From Akkermansia muciniphila (GTDB lineage: Bacteria; Verrucomicrobiota; Verrucomicrobiia; Limisphaerales; UBA9464), in the NCBI GenBank assembly GCA_945898055.1, contig CAMDGV010000011.1, positions 668 to 64,667 on the forward strand: a DNA stretch of 64,000 bases, given 5' to 3'. Below the pieces are notes generated by a model. The model did not search any database. It was not told the origin of the DNA and saw nothing but the letters and a program-made list of their open reading frames with translations. Both the position numbers and the translations under genes were made by a program. This document shows positions 21,743-32,119 of the stretch, piece after piece. Each line of letters starts with the position of its first letter. The stretch's first letter is position 1.

Positions 21743-23106
21743 CCATGCCTGTCCTCGAATCCTTTCTCTCCACACTCGGGCTACTCATCGTCGCCGCACC
21801 CGTGCTGCTGCTCGCCGTGTTCTTTGGTACCTTTTTGACCCAGCGGCGACTCCAAGAGGCCACCATTGGCACCCTAGTCCAAGGCAGCATCGGCTTCAGC
21901 CTACTGTCCGCCGTGGGGGCGGCTGCCACCATGCTATGGCACCGCGTGGCGCAGCACCCCATCGAGCTGGGAGATTGGGTGATCACGCCGCACTATCATT
22001 TGAGTTTCGAGTTCGTTCTCGATCTGCTCTCACTCTCTTATGTGATGCTCACGCTCGTCTTGTGTGCCGTGATCGCGGCTTTCTCCACGCGCTACCTGCA
22101 TCATGAGCGTGGCTACAATCGCTTCTTCGTACTGTTTGCTCTCTTCCTACTTGGGATGGTCACAGCATCGCTGTCGGACACGGTGGAAACGCTGTTTGCA
22201 GGCTGGGAAATGGTGGGGCTATCCTCCGTGTTGCTCATCGCATTCTTCCAAGAGCGGCCCGCGCCGCCGCGCAATGGTCTGCGGGTGTGGGTGGTCTATC
22301 GCATCTGCGACGTGGCGCTGCTACTTGCTGCCATCTTGATGCATGAAATCAACGGTGCGGGTGATTTCGACCATCTCGTGGGCAAAAGCGCCTGGCCTGC
22401 ACACGATCCGCTGCTCATCGGTCCGCACTTCACCATGCTGGGAGTCCTCTTCATCATTGCCGCAGCGGGTAAATCTGCCCTGGTGCCTTTCTCCGGTTGG
22501 CTGCCGCGTGCCATGGAGGGCCCGACGCCTTCAAGTGCGGTGTTTTATGGGGCACTCAGCGTGCATCTCGGCGCGTTTTTGCTGCTGCGCGTGAGTCCGG
22601 TCCTGGACAGCTCCATCTGGCTACAAGTCGCTGTCGTGGTGCTCGGCTCTACGACGTCTGCCTTTGCCTATCTCGCCGGTCGCGTGCAGACGGACATCAA
22701 ATCCGCACTCGCCTTTGCCTCACTGACTCAAGTCGGACTCATCATTTCCGAAATCGGCCTCGGCTTTCGCTACCTCGCGCTCTTGCATCTACTCGGCCAT
22801 GCCTGCCTGCGCACGCTGCAATTCCTGCGCGCACCCAGCTTGCTGCACGATCATCACCAACTCGAAAACGCCATTGGCAGTCGGCCGCGTGAGGAAGGCG
22901 TGATGTGGGAGCAACGCTTGTCGCCGAAGATGCAGCTCTGGCTTTACCGCTTCTCACTGGAGCGCGGCTATCTCGACACCCTGCTCGAAAAATTCGTCGC
23001 ACGTCCGTTTGTCGCGCTGTTTCGCGGCTTAGACGAGTTGGAGACAAAATGGGCTAAACTGCTTGATGGCGAGTCCAAGGCGAAGGAGGCGCCGCGAGAC
23101 CAATGA
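21739..23106 (+). CDS. dabB: NuoL/MrpA-type proton-conducting antiporter-like subunit (DabB-like)
   Basis: Canonical PF00361-type segment FSGWLPRAMEGPTPSSAVFYGALSVHLGAFLLLRV and about 12 TM segments. The GTG start overlaps the dabA stop (GTGA at 21739-21742). An in-frame ATG at 21745 is an alternative start. Confidence 0.85.
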   Translation: MTMPVLESFLSTLGLLIVAAPVLLLAVFFGTFLTQRRLQEATIGTLVQGSIGFSLLSAVGAAATMLWHRVAQHPIELGDWVITPHYHLSFEFVLDLLSLSYVMLTLVLCAVIAAFSTRYLHHERGYNRFFVLFALFLLGMVTASLSDTVETLFAGWEMVGLSSVLLIAFFQERPAPPRNGLRVWVVYRICDVALLLAAILMHEINGAGDFDHLVGKSAWPAHDPLLIGPHFTMLGVLFIIAAAGKSALVPFSGWLPRAMEGPTPSSAVFYGALSVHLGAFLLLRVSPVLDSSIWLQVAVVVLGSTTSAFAYLAGRVQTDIKSALAFASLTQVGLIISEIGLGFRYLALLHLLGHACLRTLQFLRAPSLLHDHHQLENAIGSRPREEGVMWEQRLSPKMQLWLYRFSLERGYLDTLLEKFVARPFVALFRGLDELETKWAKLLDGESKAKEAPRDQ

Positions 23107-24428
23107 TCGATTTTTCTTGGCTCGGAGTCACTTTACTCTTGCCACTGCTCGGGGCGGTGGTCGCGGTGTTCCTCAAAGTGCCCGCTGTGGCCATGCGGGT
23201 GAGTTTGGGCTTCTTCGCTGGCACTCTGATCACGGCTACAGCGGCCAATCTGACCTTTGCAGGCCCGAAGCTCGCGTGGCTGAACCATTTCGCTGTCGAT
23301 GATCTCGCCGCGCCGATGCTGCCTGTGTTGGCGCTGCTGCATCTGCTCACGCTGCTTGGCACGGCAAAGTCGCGCGTGTCGCCGATGTTCTGTGTTCGTC
23401 TATTGATCGCGGCATTCGTCAGTCTCGCGGCTGTGACATGTCAGACGCCGGCCATACTCATTGCGCTGCTGGTGCTCGGCGTGCTGGTGCCGCTGTGGGA
23501 TCTGATGAGCCGCGGCCAACCCGTGCGCGGTTACTTGATCCATATGAGCTTCTTTGTCGCGCTGCTCGTGACTGGTTGGCAGTTTGTAGGTCAAGACATC
23601 GGCTATGGCCTGCTACTGATCGCGCTGCTGCTGCGCGGCGGCATCGTGCCACTGCATGGCTGGCTACCCACGCTTTTTCAAGGTGCTGCGTATGGTACGG
23701 CGATGGTCTTTGTGCTGCCGCTGATGGAGGTACTGGCCGCGCTGCGACTGCTACTACCCTCCACGCCCGAGTGGATGCTGAATGCAGCCGGCGTCGTGTG
23801 CCTGATCACAGCTGTGTACGGCGGCGGCATGGCCATCGTGCAAAATGAGGTGCGGAAGTTCTTTGCTCATCTCTGCCTCAGTCAGACTGCGCTGGTGATG
23901 TTCGCCGTGATGCTGCACACCTCAAACGGCCTCACCGCTGCGCTGTGTTTGTGGATTTCCTCCTCGCTGGCTCTCGCAGGTCTCGCCTTCTCGGTGCGTG
24001 CGTTGGAAGCCCGCTTCGGCCCGCTCTCATTGCGAGAATTTCACGGCTTCTACGAGCAGGTGCCCGGCTTGGCGATCTGCTTTCTGATGACCGGACTCGC
24101 CAGCGTAGGGTTTCCAGGGACCATCGGCTTTGTGCCGATGGAGCTGCTCATCAGCGGCAGCGTCGAGCAGGGACTCGGGGTCAGCCTCACCTTAGCTATC
24201 GCCGCCATGCTCAACGGCGTCGCCATCATGCGTGCCTACTTCGCGCTCTTCACTGGCAAACGTCCCACGACCTCCGTCTCGCTGCAAAAGACACCGATGG
24301 AACGTGCTGGCATCATCCTCATCGCGCTGATCGTTTTTCTCGGCGGATGGTTCTCACCCGGCATGGTGGCGTCACGCCATCACACGGCTGATCGGTTGCT
24401 GGACCGGGTGCTTGTGGAGACGCGATGA
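23103..24428 (+). CDS. Second, divergent antiporter-like (NuoM/N/MrpD-type) membrane subunit
   Basis: Polytopic membrane protein with an ATGA overlap onto the preceding gene (23103-23106). The homologous segment HGWLPTLFQGAAYGTAMVFVLPLMEVLAAL keeps the WLP framework but lacks the PTPxSA core. Confidence 0.7.
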   Translation: MIDFSWLGVTLLLPLLGAVVAVFLKVPAVAMRVSLGFFAGTLITATAANLTFAGPKLAWLNHFAVDDLAAPMLPVLALLHLLTLLGTAKSRVSPMFCVRLLIAAFVSLAAVTCQTPAILIALLVLGVLVPLWDLMSRGQPVRGYLIHMSFFVALLVTGWQFVGQDIGYGLLLIALLLRGGIVPLHGWLPTLFQGAAYGTAMVFVLPLMEVLAALRLLLPSTPEWMLNAAGVVCLITAVYGGGMAIVQNEVRKFFAHLCLSQTALVMFAVMLHTSNGLTAALCLWISSSLALAGLAFSVRALEARFGPLSLREFHGFYEQVPGLAICFLMTGLASVGFPGTIGFVPMELLISGSVEQGLGVSLTLAIAAMLNGVAIMRAYFALFTGKRPTTSVSLQKTPMERAGIILIALIVFLGGWFSPGMVASRHHTADRLLDRVLVETR

Positions 24429-24431
24429 GGC

Positions 24432-24710
24432 ATGCCCCCTGGCCCGGTTGCATTATCTCCCCTCAAGGGAATGGGTTTTCGAGAGGTGAAGATGGTTCTT
24501 GAGAGCAAGTCCATCACGCCTCCTCACAAAGTAATGTCGCATCCTGCCGAGCCCGCCTTCGTTCATCCGATTACAGCCTCGGTGGTTGGCTACCTTCCGT
24601 ATCCGCCGAAGCGCAAGAAGCCGCTCGCGAGTGATCTGCGGATCGCGGAAAAGGCCAAGAAGCCTGCGATCTTCACGCTCGACAATCTCCGCCGCGATGC
24701 GCTCGACTGA
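24432..24710 (+). CDS. Hypothetical 92-aa ORF directly after the dab operon
   Basis: It starts 3 nt after the preceding stop and has no recognisable motif. The opposite strand is also open over this stretch, as expected in GC-rich DNA, so coding status is uncertain. Confidence 0.2.
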   Translation: MPPGPVALSPLKGMGFREVKMVLESKSITPPHKVMSHPAEPAFVHPITASVVGYLPYPPKRKKPLASDLRIAEKAKKPAIFTLDNLRRDALD

Positions 24711-25119
24711 TCGATCACCGGCCTTATCGCAGTGCCGCTGACGGTGGGGATCTGCCTCAGGTCGGAGGATTCGATCGAGACAGGTTTGATGACGGTGCTG
24801 TTCGCCTTTGTGGCAGTTTCATCACGTCCTTATTCCGTCGAGGAAACTACGTCGTCGTCCCCGGAGTCGCCGATGGACTAGCGCCCGTGCTGGCGATAAG
24901 CGTGCATAAATTTGGCATGGAGAACAGGCCGCTTCTGATCTTCCTCACCTCGCTATCACAAGCTGTCGGGTGGAAGTTTAACCTCCAGCCCCCCCAAAAA
25001 AACTCAGACACTAAAAGCTAGATCGCCACAAAAACTAATCGCCGGGCGCATTGACAGCTTATCTTCGAGGAAAGTAAAGTGTTAGGGCAGTAGTACAAAG
25101 CCCCATTTGCCTTTCTTGG

Positions 25120-25146
25120 CTCCACGTTAAAGCGATTTCCTATCAA
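25120..25146 (-). repeat. Island-boundary repeat, copy F
   Basis: CTCCACGTTAAAGCGATTTCCTATCAA matches the core of copies C, D and E. Confidence 0.65.
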
Positions 25147-25543
25147 TGACTTTATTCACACTTGTCGGTTTTTGGAATCAGCTCAGGAGACGTCGAGGCT
25201 CATCCCAACCCGGACTCGATGGGTCCAGTCGGCACCAGCCTGCTTCGGCGGCGATCAAGCAGGCACCCCGCTTCTCGCCCGTGGCCATCGTCCGGATGAC
25301 CTACCTAGGCCTAGGTGTGTGTTTTGCATTTTTTTTCGCAAACGGGTGGAACCAACGCAAACCCGAGGGAACCTGGTTTCCACGGGGCATTTCCGATACG
25401 ATTCAGCTGCTACAACTACGGGGTGGCGAACACGTTGGGAAATCTGATAGGATTTGACGACTTCACTCCTTCAGACGTTTCGAGAGCAATGAATGACGCA
25501 GCCAAATATATGACAAGTGAGACTGTTTCGCCTTCGCTTTTCG

Positions 25544-25585
25544 CCTCCACGTAAGGGCAATTTCCTATGAACCAATTTCCTATCA
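25544..25585 (-). repeat. Island-boundary repeat, copy E, plus a partial duplicate of its inner end
   Basis: CCTCCACGTAAGGGCAATTTCCTATGAACCAATTTCCTATCA. CAATTTCCTAT occurs twice, at 25558-25568 and 25573-25583. The glycosyltransferase ATG (25567-25569) overlaps the end of the repeat. Confidence 0.65.
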
Positions 25586-28500
25586 GTTGTTCAGTTACCG
25601 AACTCGGACTCCCCGTCCGCTGGTTGGCACCGATCTTCAACCCCAGCGGGTATGCCAGCGAGGCCATCAACTTCGTGCTGCCGTTGGAAAATCGCTGCAC
25701 CTTGGGAATCAATCATAAAACTAACGTCTATTCTGAGGGCTTCACCCGAGGCCTGCCGTCCGCTGACCGCGAGGCGCTCTTTCGGATGCGCGACCGGTTT
25801 GAAGGAATGAGTGGCGGCATTGTCGTCTTCCACAATCCGGCCGGCGGCTTCATCCGCCTTCCTGATGCCGACTACAGCATCGGCCGCACAATGTTCGAGA
25901 CCGATCGCATCGCACCCGAATGGGTTGCCGCCTGCAACCGGATGGATGAGGTGTGGGTACCCTCGCAGTTCAATCTTGAGACCTTTGCCGCCAGCGGAGT
26001 CGAACGTTCGAAATTGGTGGTGATTCCAGGTGCGGTGGATTCGGAGTTTTTCGATCCGGCCCGGCATACGGTCTACCCGTTGCCCAGCAAGGCCCGGTTC
26101 AATTTTCTGTCGATTTTCGAGTGGTCCTCCCGCAAGGGCTGGGACGTGTTGTTGGCTGCTTATTTGCGGGAGTTCTCGGCCGAGGACGACGTGTGCCTGT
26201 GGCTGCGCACCTACTTGTTCTCTAAGCCCGACGGGGATCCGACCGAGGCGATCTGGCAACGGATCCGGGCGTTCACCGCATCGTTGGGTTTGGAGGGTAA
26301 AAATCTGCCCCGGATCGAACTCATTGCCGATCAGGTGCCTAGCGCGCAATTGCCGGGGTTATACTTGGCCTGCGACTGCTACGTGGCTCCAAGTCGGGGC
26401 GAGGGCTGGGGACGCCCGCAACACGAGGCCATGCTTATGGAGCGGCCGGTCATTGCCACCAACTGGAGTGCCAACACCGAGTTCATGTCCGAGAAGACCA
26501 GCTACTTGCTGAACTATGAAGTGGTCGAAGCGCGCGGTCTCGAACCCGAGCTCTGGCACTACAAGGGGCACCGCTGGGCCAATCCTTCCGAGACCCACTT
26601 GCGATCGCTGATGCGCCGGGTGTTCACCCATCCGGAGGAAGCCCGCGTCAAGGGCCAGGCGGCCCGCCAACACATGGCCCGCCACTACAGCCGGGAGGCC
26701 GTGGCTGACCAGGTGACGCACCGGTTGCAAGTAATCGAGCGCTCGTTGCTCTCACCGCAATTGCCACCGGCACGGGCAATCGATCTCCATGGATCGGACG
26801 CGACGAACTCCCCCATGTCAGCAGGACCTAACGCAAGGCCTAACGCCACCCTCACCGTGTCACTGGAAGGATCCTTCCTCGACCTAGGTTCTCTCTCGCA
26901 TGTGAATCGCTCTCTGATCCGGGGCCTCAACCAAGAGCCCCGGTTCCGAGCTGTCGCCGTCTCGACAGACACCACGACGGCCAATCCCAATTCCCCGGAT
27001 CTGAAGGGTTGGTCTCAGCGAGTGCAGAAGCGCTCCCCCTCGGACACCGCGATCACCCTACGTCACGACTGGCCGCCGAACTGGCGTCGCCCGGAATACG
27101 GGGCATGGGTACTGATCCAGCCTTGGGAATTCGGATCCATCCCTGCCGAGTGGGCGACCGAAGCCCTGAATGTAGATGAGATCTGGTGCCCCAGCCGCTA
27201 CGTCCGGAGTTTGTACCTGCAGGCGGGTATCCCGAGGGAAAAACTCCGGGTGCTGCCCAACGGCTACAATCCCGCGATTCACCATCCCGGAGCCGCACCC
27301 ACGCCCATCGCCACGAGCAAGCGCTTCAAGTTCCTCTTCGTCGGCGGAACCATCGCTCGCAATGGATCAGACCTGTTGTTGGAGACTTACCTGAAAACCT
27401 TCCGCCGTTCCGACGACGTGTGCTTGGTGATCAAGGACTTCGGCGGCAAATTGGCCTACCGGGGGCAGACCTTGTCCGAGCGAATCCAAGCGGCTCAGAC
27501 CGACCCAGCAGCACCGGAGATCGTGTATTTCGATCAGGAGTTGTCCGAGCACGACCGGGCCGGGCTCTACACCGCCTGCGACTGCCTGGTGCACCCTTAC
27601 CGCGGCGAGAGCTTTGGACTCTCGGTGCTTGAGGCGATGGCCTGCGCGCTGCCCGTGATTTGCACCGGGGGCGGTTCCACCGACGATTTCGCTACCGATG
27701 AGTTCGTTCATCGCATCCCGGCCACTCGGGAATTTGTCGGCAACGAAGTGGACGGTCTGAAACTGGACCATCGAGGCTGGTGGTTGACCCCAGATCCGGA
27801 TGCTTTGGGCCTAGCCCTCCGCGCAGCCGTAGAACAAGCACCGCAGTGGAGGCAACGAGCCCACCTAGGCTCCGAGCATGTGGCCGCCCATTGGACCTGG
27901 AAAAACGCCGCACAAACCGCCGCCCGTTTTGCTTGGGAGTTGGTGGCCCGCCGCACAGCCCAGATGGAAGAGAAGGCTCGCCTCGCGCGATCGAAGCGTC
28001 CGTTGACCTTGCCCGAGGTTTCCTTCCAGGGAGATCTGCTAGCCGCCAGAAAGGCCTTCCAAACGAAGAACATCCCGGACGCTTGGCGACTGGCCTGCAC
28101 TGCCATTGAAGAGCGTCCCTTCCACCCAGAAGGATGGGTCTTCTTGAGCGAGGTGGCTGTCAGCGCGGGTCATCGGGCCCTAGCCCGCCGTTGCGCCCAG
28201 AAGGCCGTCGCTCTGGCACCCAACTGGAAGCCAGCTCTGCGGCAACTCTCCAGCATTACCAGTGGGGCCGACAAACCCACGGTCGAATTGAGCGCCCCCC
28301 CGTTGCGCGAAGGTTTGGCGCCACGCCTGTCGGTCTGCCTCATTGCCAAGAACGAGGAACGTTTCCTCGACGGCTGCCTCCAATCGATCCGCGGCTTGGC
28401 CGATCAACTCATTCTGGTGGACACCGGATCCACGGATCGAACCGTGGAAATCGCCCGCAACCACGGGGCCGAAGTCCATTTCCGAGCTTGGGACCACGAC

Positions 28501-29937
28501 TTCAGTGCCGCCCGCAATGCCGCCCTGCTGCACGCCCGCGGCGACTGGGTCTTGATCCTGGATGCCGACGAAGAAGTCTCCCCGGCGCAACACGTAGCGC
28601 TGCGTGCGCTCCTGACTCGACCCAACGCGATCGCTTACCGGTTGCCCCTGGTGGACGTCGGTCGCGAAAGTGACGGCGTCAGCCAGGTGCTCCGCCTGTT
28701 CCGCAACGCGCCGCAGCAGTTCTACGTAAGCCGGATCCAAGAAAAGGTGCACACCAGCCTCGAACTGAACCGTGAGAAGTGGAGGATGGAGAACCTCTTC
28801 GGTGACGCACAACTCATCCATTATGGCTCCCAAGCCGAAGTCATGAAGAGTCGGGACAAGGTCCAGCGGAACCTCCGCCTCTTAGAACAAGCCAACGAGG
28901 AACACCCCAACGACGTCAACCTGCTCATGAACCTCGGACTGGAACTTTGGCGATCCGGTCAACACTTCCACGGCATTGGGTACTACCAGCAATCCTACAC
29001 GGCCATGCTGGAGCAACCCTACGCCCAGACACTCCCGGAGTTGAGGGAAGTCCTGCTCACCCAGTACGCTTCGCTCCTGTTGAGCCTCCAACTCTACAAA
29101 GACGTCATCACCCTCTTCCAAGACCAAGCCCTTGCGCCCAAGGCCCGCACGGCCTCGCAGCACTTCATGATGGGGTTGGCTTATTCCGCACTTCAGAACT
29201 GGGAGCCCTGCGTGACCCATTTTCAGCAATGCCTGAAATTGCGGAACCAACCAGCACTCACTCCTATCCATCAGGACATTCGAAGTGCAACCCCGGCCCA
29301 CTGCATGGCTCATGCCCTGCGAAAGCTCGGGCGCAAGGTCGAGGCTAAGAATGCTTATGAACAAGCCCTTCACGACGACCCTCTCAATGAATCGGCGCGG
29401 GTAGAGTTCGCAGTTTTCGAGGCAGAGGAGGGCCAGATTGTTTCAGCCCTCACCCTGCTGCACGCGGGCATCCAGCAGAACCCTATGCAGGCCAAGGTCT
29501 GGGAGGCGGGTGGAGCCCTTTCGCTCCGCCAACGCGACACCCTGGAGTTCGCTCTAGACTGGAGCGGCGAGGCCCTCAAGCACCTGCCCGACCACGCCAC
29601 CTTGCAGCGGCAGCGGGCGGAGGTCCTCTTGCTGAACGGGCAGGCCCACGAGGCCCTACCACTCTGGAGCGAGATGTCACGGTCCAACGATGCGGACAGT
29701 TCCTCCGGCCTCATCCTCTGCCGCCTGTTCGCAGGCGAGTCGCAGTCGGCCGTGCCGCCGGACCGCGAAATGGCCATCAGCCAAGATCTAATCCGGAGAT
29801 ACCGACAGGCGGTGGAAATGGGCCTCGACGCTTGGGTCCACGCCTTGCACCAGCGGGTCGATACTCTTCGTCAGACACTGCCCTCGGCTGCTCGCTTCAT
29901 TGATTTGGTGGTCGCCGAGTCCGGCCCAGAAAAGTGA
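25567..29937 (+). CDS. Multidomain glycosyltransferase: GT4-like, GT4-like, GT2-like, then C-terminal TPR region
   Basis: First GT4 signature: [30 protein letters not shown]. Second GT4 signature: [32 protein letters not shown]2 signature: [21 protein letters not shown]...[10 protein letters not shown]...ILDADEEV. A long TPR-like helical repeat region follows. 1456 aa. Confidence 0.85.
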   Translation: MNQFPISCSVTELGLPVRWLAPIFNPSGYASEAINFVLPLENRCTLGINHKTNVYSEGFTRGLPSADREALFRMRDRFEGMSGGIVVFHNPAGGFIRLPDADYSIGRTMFETDRIAPEWVAACNRMDEVWVPSQFNLETFAASGVERSKLVVIPGAVDSEFFDPARHTVYPLPSKARFNFLSIFEWSSRKGWDVLLAAYLREFSAEDDVCLWLRTYLFSKPDGDPTEAIWQRIRAFTASLGLEGKNLPRIELIADQVPSAQLPGLYLACDCYVAPSRGEGWGRPQHEAMLMERPVIATNWSANTEFMSEKTSYLLNYEVVEARGLEPELWHYKGHRWANPSETHLRSLMRRVFTHPEEARVKGQAARQHMARHYSREAVADQVTHRLQVIERSLLSPQLPPARAIDLHGSDATNSPMSAGPNARPNATLTVSLEGSFLDLGSLSHVNRSLIRGLNQEPRFRAVAVSTDTTTANPNSPDLKGWSQRVQKRSPSDTAITLRHDWPPNWRRPEYGAWVLIQPWEFGSIPAEWATEALNVDEIWCPSRYVRSLYLQAGIPREKLRVLPNGYNPAIHHPGAAPTPIATSKRFKFLFVGGTIARNGSDLLLETYLKTFRRSDDVCLVIKDFGGKLAYRGQTLSERIQAAQTDPAAPEIVYFDQELSEHDRAGLYTACDCLVHPYRGESFGLSVLEAMACALPVICTGGGSTDDFATDEFVHRIPATREFVGNEVDGLKLDHRGWWLTPDPDALGLALRAAVEQAPQWRQRAHLGSEHVAAHWTWKNAAQTAARFAWELVARRTAQMEEKARLARSKRPLTLPEVSFQGDLLAARKAFQTKNIPDAWRLACTAIEERPFHPEGWVFLSEVAVSAGHRALARRCAQKAVALAPNWKPALRQLSSITSGADKPTVELSAPPLREGLAPRLSVCLIAKNEERFLDGCLQSIRGLADQLILVDTGSTDRTVEIARNHGAEVHFRAWDHDFSAARNAALLHARGDWVLILDADEEVSPAQHVALRALLTRPNAIAYRLPLVDVGRESDGVSQVLRLFRNAPQQFYVSRIQEKVHTSLELNREKWRMENLFGDAQLIHYGSQAEVMKSRDKVQRNLRLLEQANEEHPNDVNLLMNLGLELWRSGQHFHGIGYYQQSYTAMLEQPYAQTLPELREVLLTQYASLLLSLQLYKDVITLFQDQALAPKARTASQHFMMGLAYSALQNWEPCVTHFQQCLKLRNQPALTPIHQDIRSATPAHCMAHALRKLGRKVEAKNAYEQALHDDPLNESARVEFAVFEAEEGQIVSALTLLHAGIQQNPMQAKVWEAGGALSLRQRDTLEFALDWSGEALKHLPDHATLQRQRAEVLLLNGQAHEALPLWSEMSRSNDADSSSGLILCRLFAGESQSAVPPDREMAISQDLIRRYRQAVEMGLDAWVHALHQRVDTLRQTLPSAARFIDLVVAESGPEK

Positions 29938-29993
29938 TCAGCCAAATTGCCTATGAAACCCCTAAATCCGCCCTGCCTCCGGCTTCTTTCCCA

Positions 29994-30030
29994 TTTCTCT
30001 CCGCGTCAAAAAGTAATTTCCTATTAATTT
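29994..30030 (-). repeat. Island-boundary repeat, copy D (right end of island)
   Basis: TTTCTCTCCGCGTCAAAAAGTAATTTCCTATTAATTT. The HAD gene stop (reverse-complement TAA at 30024-30026) lies inside it. A partial inner-end-like copy CAAATTGCCTATGAAACC lies at 29943-29960. Confidence 0.75.
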
Positions 30031-30809
30031 GATAACAAAAGGCGGGGAATCCAAGTTTCCATCGCAGTGTAGTCGGACACGCTAAACTCGGCTCCAGCGG
30101 CCATAAGGCGAATTTCTTTGGAGGTATCCAGCCGACCTGAATGCCACACTTCTTCATCAGCCGCCACGGCGATCGCCCGACCACCCGCTGCGACCGTTTC
30201 TACAATTTCAGTGACCCCATCCCCAAAGGCAATCACTTGGGTGATCGGATTGAGTCGGTATTCTTGTATAATCGAACGAATGGCAGTGCGCTTGTGAAAG
30301 GCGGTGTCGGTGAGCGAGAGCGGTCCATGAATACGTTCAGCGAAGAAGTCGCGTAGGCCCAAAATATCGACTTCCTCAGAGACGAACGGACGGGGTGTAC
30401 CGCTAATAATATGAAGAGCGACCCCAGCACCGCGCAGTCGGGTTAAAAATTGGCGTCCACCTAAGACCATGAAGTGATCAGCAGAGTGTAATCCTGAGCG
30501 GATAGAATCGGTTCGCTCTTGAATCACTCGACCGAGTCGAGCCTGAAAATCAGCCTGAAACGCCTCGGGAGTCCTCGGTGAGCCACCTCGTTCTTGGATC
30601 CAATCAGCGAGTCGTTGCATCTGATGAATGCTGGGGCGCCCGTTGAGAGCCCAGATCTCATTATGGGCAAGATCGGTTCGAGTTTGTTCTGTTTCACTCG
30701 GTAGAGCCGGCAAGAATTCCATCCACTGCTTGAGCATCACTTCGCCCCAACCTGCACGAATGAAAGAAAGTGTCCCGTCCCAATCGAAAAGGGCGTGAAT
30801 TTGGTTCAT
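30024..30809 (-). CDS. HAD-superfamily hydrolase
   Basis: DxDxT motif in MNQIHALFDWDGTL and a late FGDG motif. The ATG at 30807-30809 is preferred; the ORF-track extension to 30968 would overlap the upstream gene. Confidence 0.8.
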   Translation of the reverse strand: MNQIHALFDWDGTLSFIRAGWGEVMLKQWMEFLPALPSETEQTRTDLAHNEIWALNGRPSIHQMQRLADWIQERGGSPRTPEAFQADFQARLGRVIQERTDSIRSGLHSADHFMVLGGRQFLTRLRGAGVALHIISGTPRPFVSEEVDILGLRDFFAERIHGPLSLTDTAFHKRTAIRSIIQEYRLNPITQVIAFGDGVTEIVETVAAGGRAIAVAADEEVWHSGRLDTSKEIRLMAAGAEFSVSDYTAMETWIPRLLLSN

Positions 30810-30816
30810 AACTGGA

Positions 30817-31851
30817 TCAAAGGGTGACTGGCAGTCCGGTCCGAATGGACTCTTCCTCGGCTTCACAGACAGCCACCGCGGCGGCTCCCTCTTCCGCAGT
30901 GACAACGGAAGGAGGTCGACCCGCGAGGATCGACTCGGTGAAGTGACGCAATTGCCCAACATACCCATCGGTGCCGTTGACTGGGATGACTTGGGCCGGA
31001 GCCCCTTCGACGAAGAGTTTTAAAGTGTCAGTTCCACGAGAAATATCGTAGTCCAAAGTGGCTCGTTCGAAGACAACGGTATAAGCCATGTTAAAGCCGA
31101 AACCAGGGGTCATAGCCCAGCTTCCCTCGGCGCTGACAACGGCTCCACCTTCGACATCGAAGAGGGAGACTAAATGATCAATGCCACCGCTGACCCGAGT
31201 GTGGCCACGGGAAACCACCCGAGACGGTGGGCCGAAGCAGTGGCGAATGAAGTCGACATCATGGATATGAAGATCGAGAAGTGCCCCCCCAGAATCGGCG
31301 GCATTCAGGAAGTGGCTGTGGCCCCAACCGGGTGCTTGAGCGACCCGTCGGAAGCGCGCACTGAGGACGCGACCGTAGGTATTGGCCGTGATAGTTGTTT
31401 TTAGCAAGGCCCATTCCGGCCAGAAGCGGAGACACATTGCTGGCATAAGAAAGACACCATGGGCAGCGGCTTGAGCAGCGGCAGCCGCCAATTGGCGACC
31501 CTCGATAGCGGTGCGAGCCATTGGCTTTTCGACCAAGACATGTTTACCCGCTTTGAGCGCAGCGAGAGCGAATTGAAGATGAGTTTTAGTAGGAGTCGTG
31601 ATGTCGACGACTTGAATCAAAGGATCAGCGAGGAGTTCGTCGACAGTGCGATAAGCGCGAATCTGGGACATATCTAATTTCAGCCCATTAGGATCTCCGA
31701 CATTGCCTCCGACAGCGGAGAGATCCCCATCAAGGTTGCGTCCGCTTGGATTACAGAGCGCCCCGACGGAGGCGTTAGGCACGGAGGCGAGTGCCTTAAT
31801 ATGAGTTGCGGCCATGAAGCCAAGACCGAGGAAACCAAATTGAAGCGGCAT
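30817..31851 (-). CDS. Gfo/Idh/MocA-family NAD(P)-dependent oxidoreductase
   Basis: Rossmann N-terminus FGFLGLGFMAATHIKAL and a VLVEKPMA motif. The internal ATG at 31851 is preferred. Confidence 0.88.
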   Translation of the reverse strand: MPLQFGFLGLGFMAATHIKALASVPNASVGALCNPSGRNLDGDLSAVGGNVGDPNGLKLDMSQIRAYRTVDELLADPLIQVVDITTPTKTHLQFALAALKAGKHVLVEKPMARTAIEGRQLAAAAAQAAAHGVFLMPAMCLRFWPEWALLKTTITANTYGRVLSARFRRVAQAPGWGHSHFLNAADSGGALLDLHIHDVDFIRHCFGPPSRVVSRGHTRVSGGIDHLVSLFDVEGGAVVSAEGSWAMTPGFGFNMAYTVVFERATLDYDISRGTDTLKLFVEGAPAQVIPVNGTDGYVGQLRHFTESILAGRPPSVVTAEEGAAAVAVCEAEEESIRTGLPVTL

Positions 31852-32119
31852 GACCAAGGTTAGGCGGGAAGAGGGAACAGTTGAAAACAAACAATGTATT
31901 TTCGGTTAATAAACGTTTTTTCGAGTTAAGTAACGGATGAATAAAAAACCAGTTTTCAGGCTAGTTTCGATCTTTTTTGGTCTATTCCACGCCCGTTTAC
32001 CGAGTCAAATTAGGTTTGAGTTGGGTGCCGGAGCGGCAACCCGTTTCCTGAGCGTCTTGTAAAAATAGAAATTCTTGAATCCCCATCCCTTTGATTTTCC
32101 GCTAAGGTCGTCGGCAACA

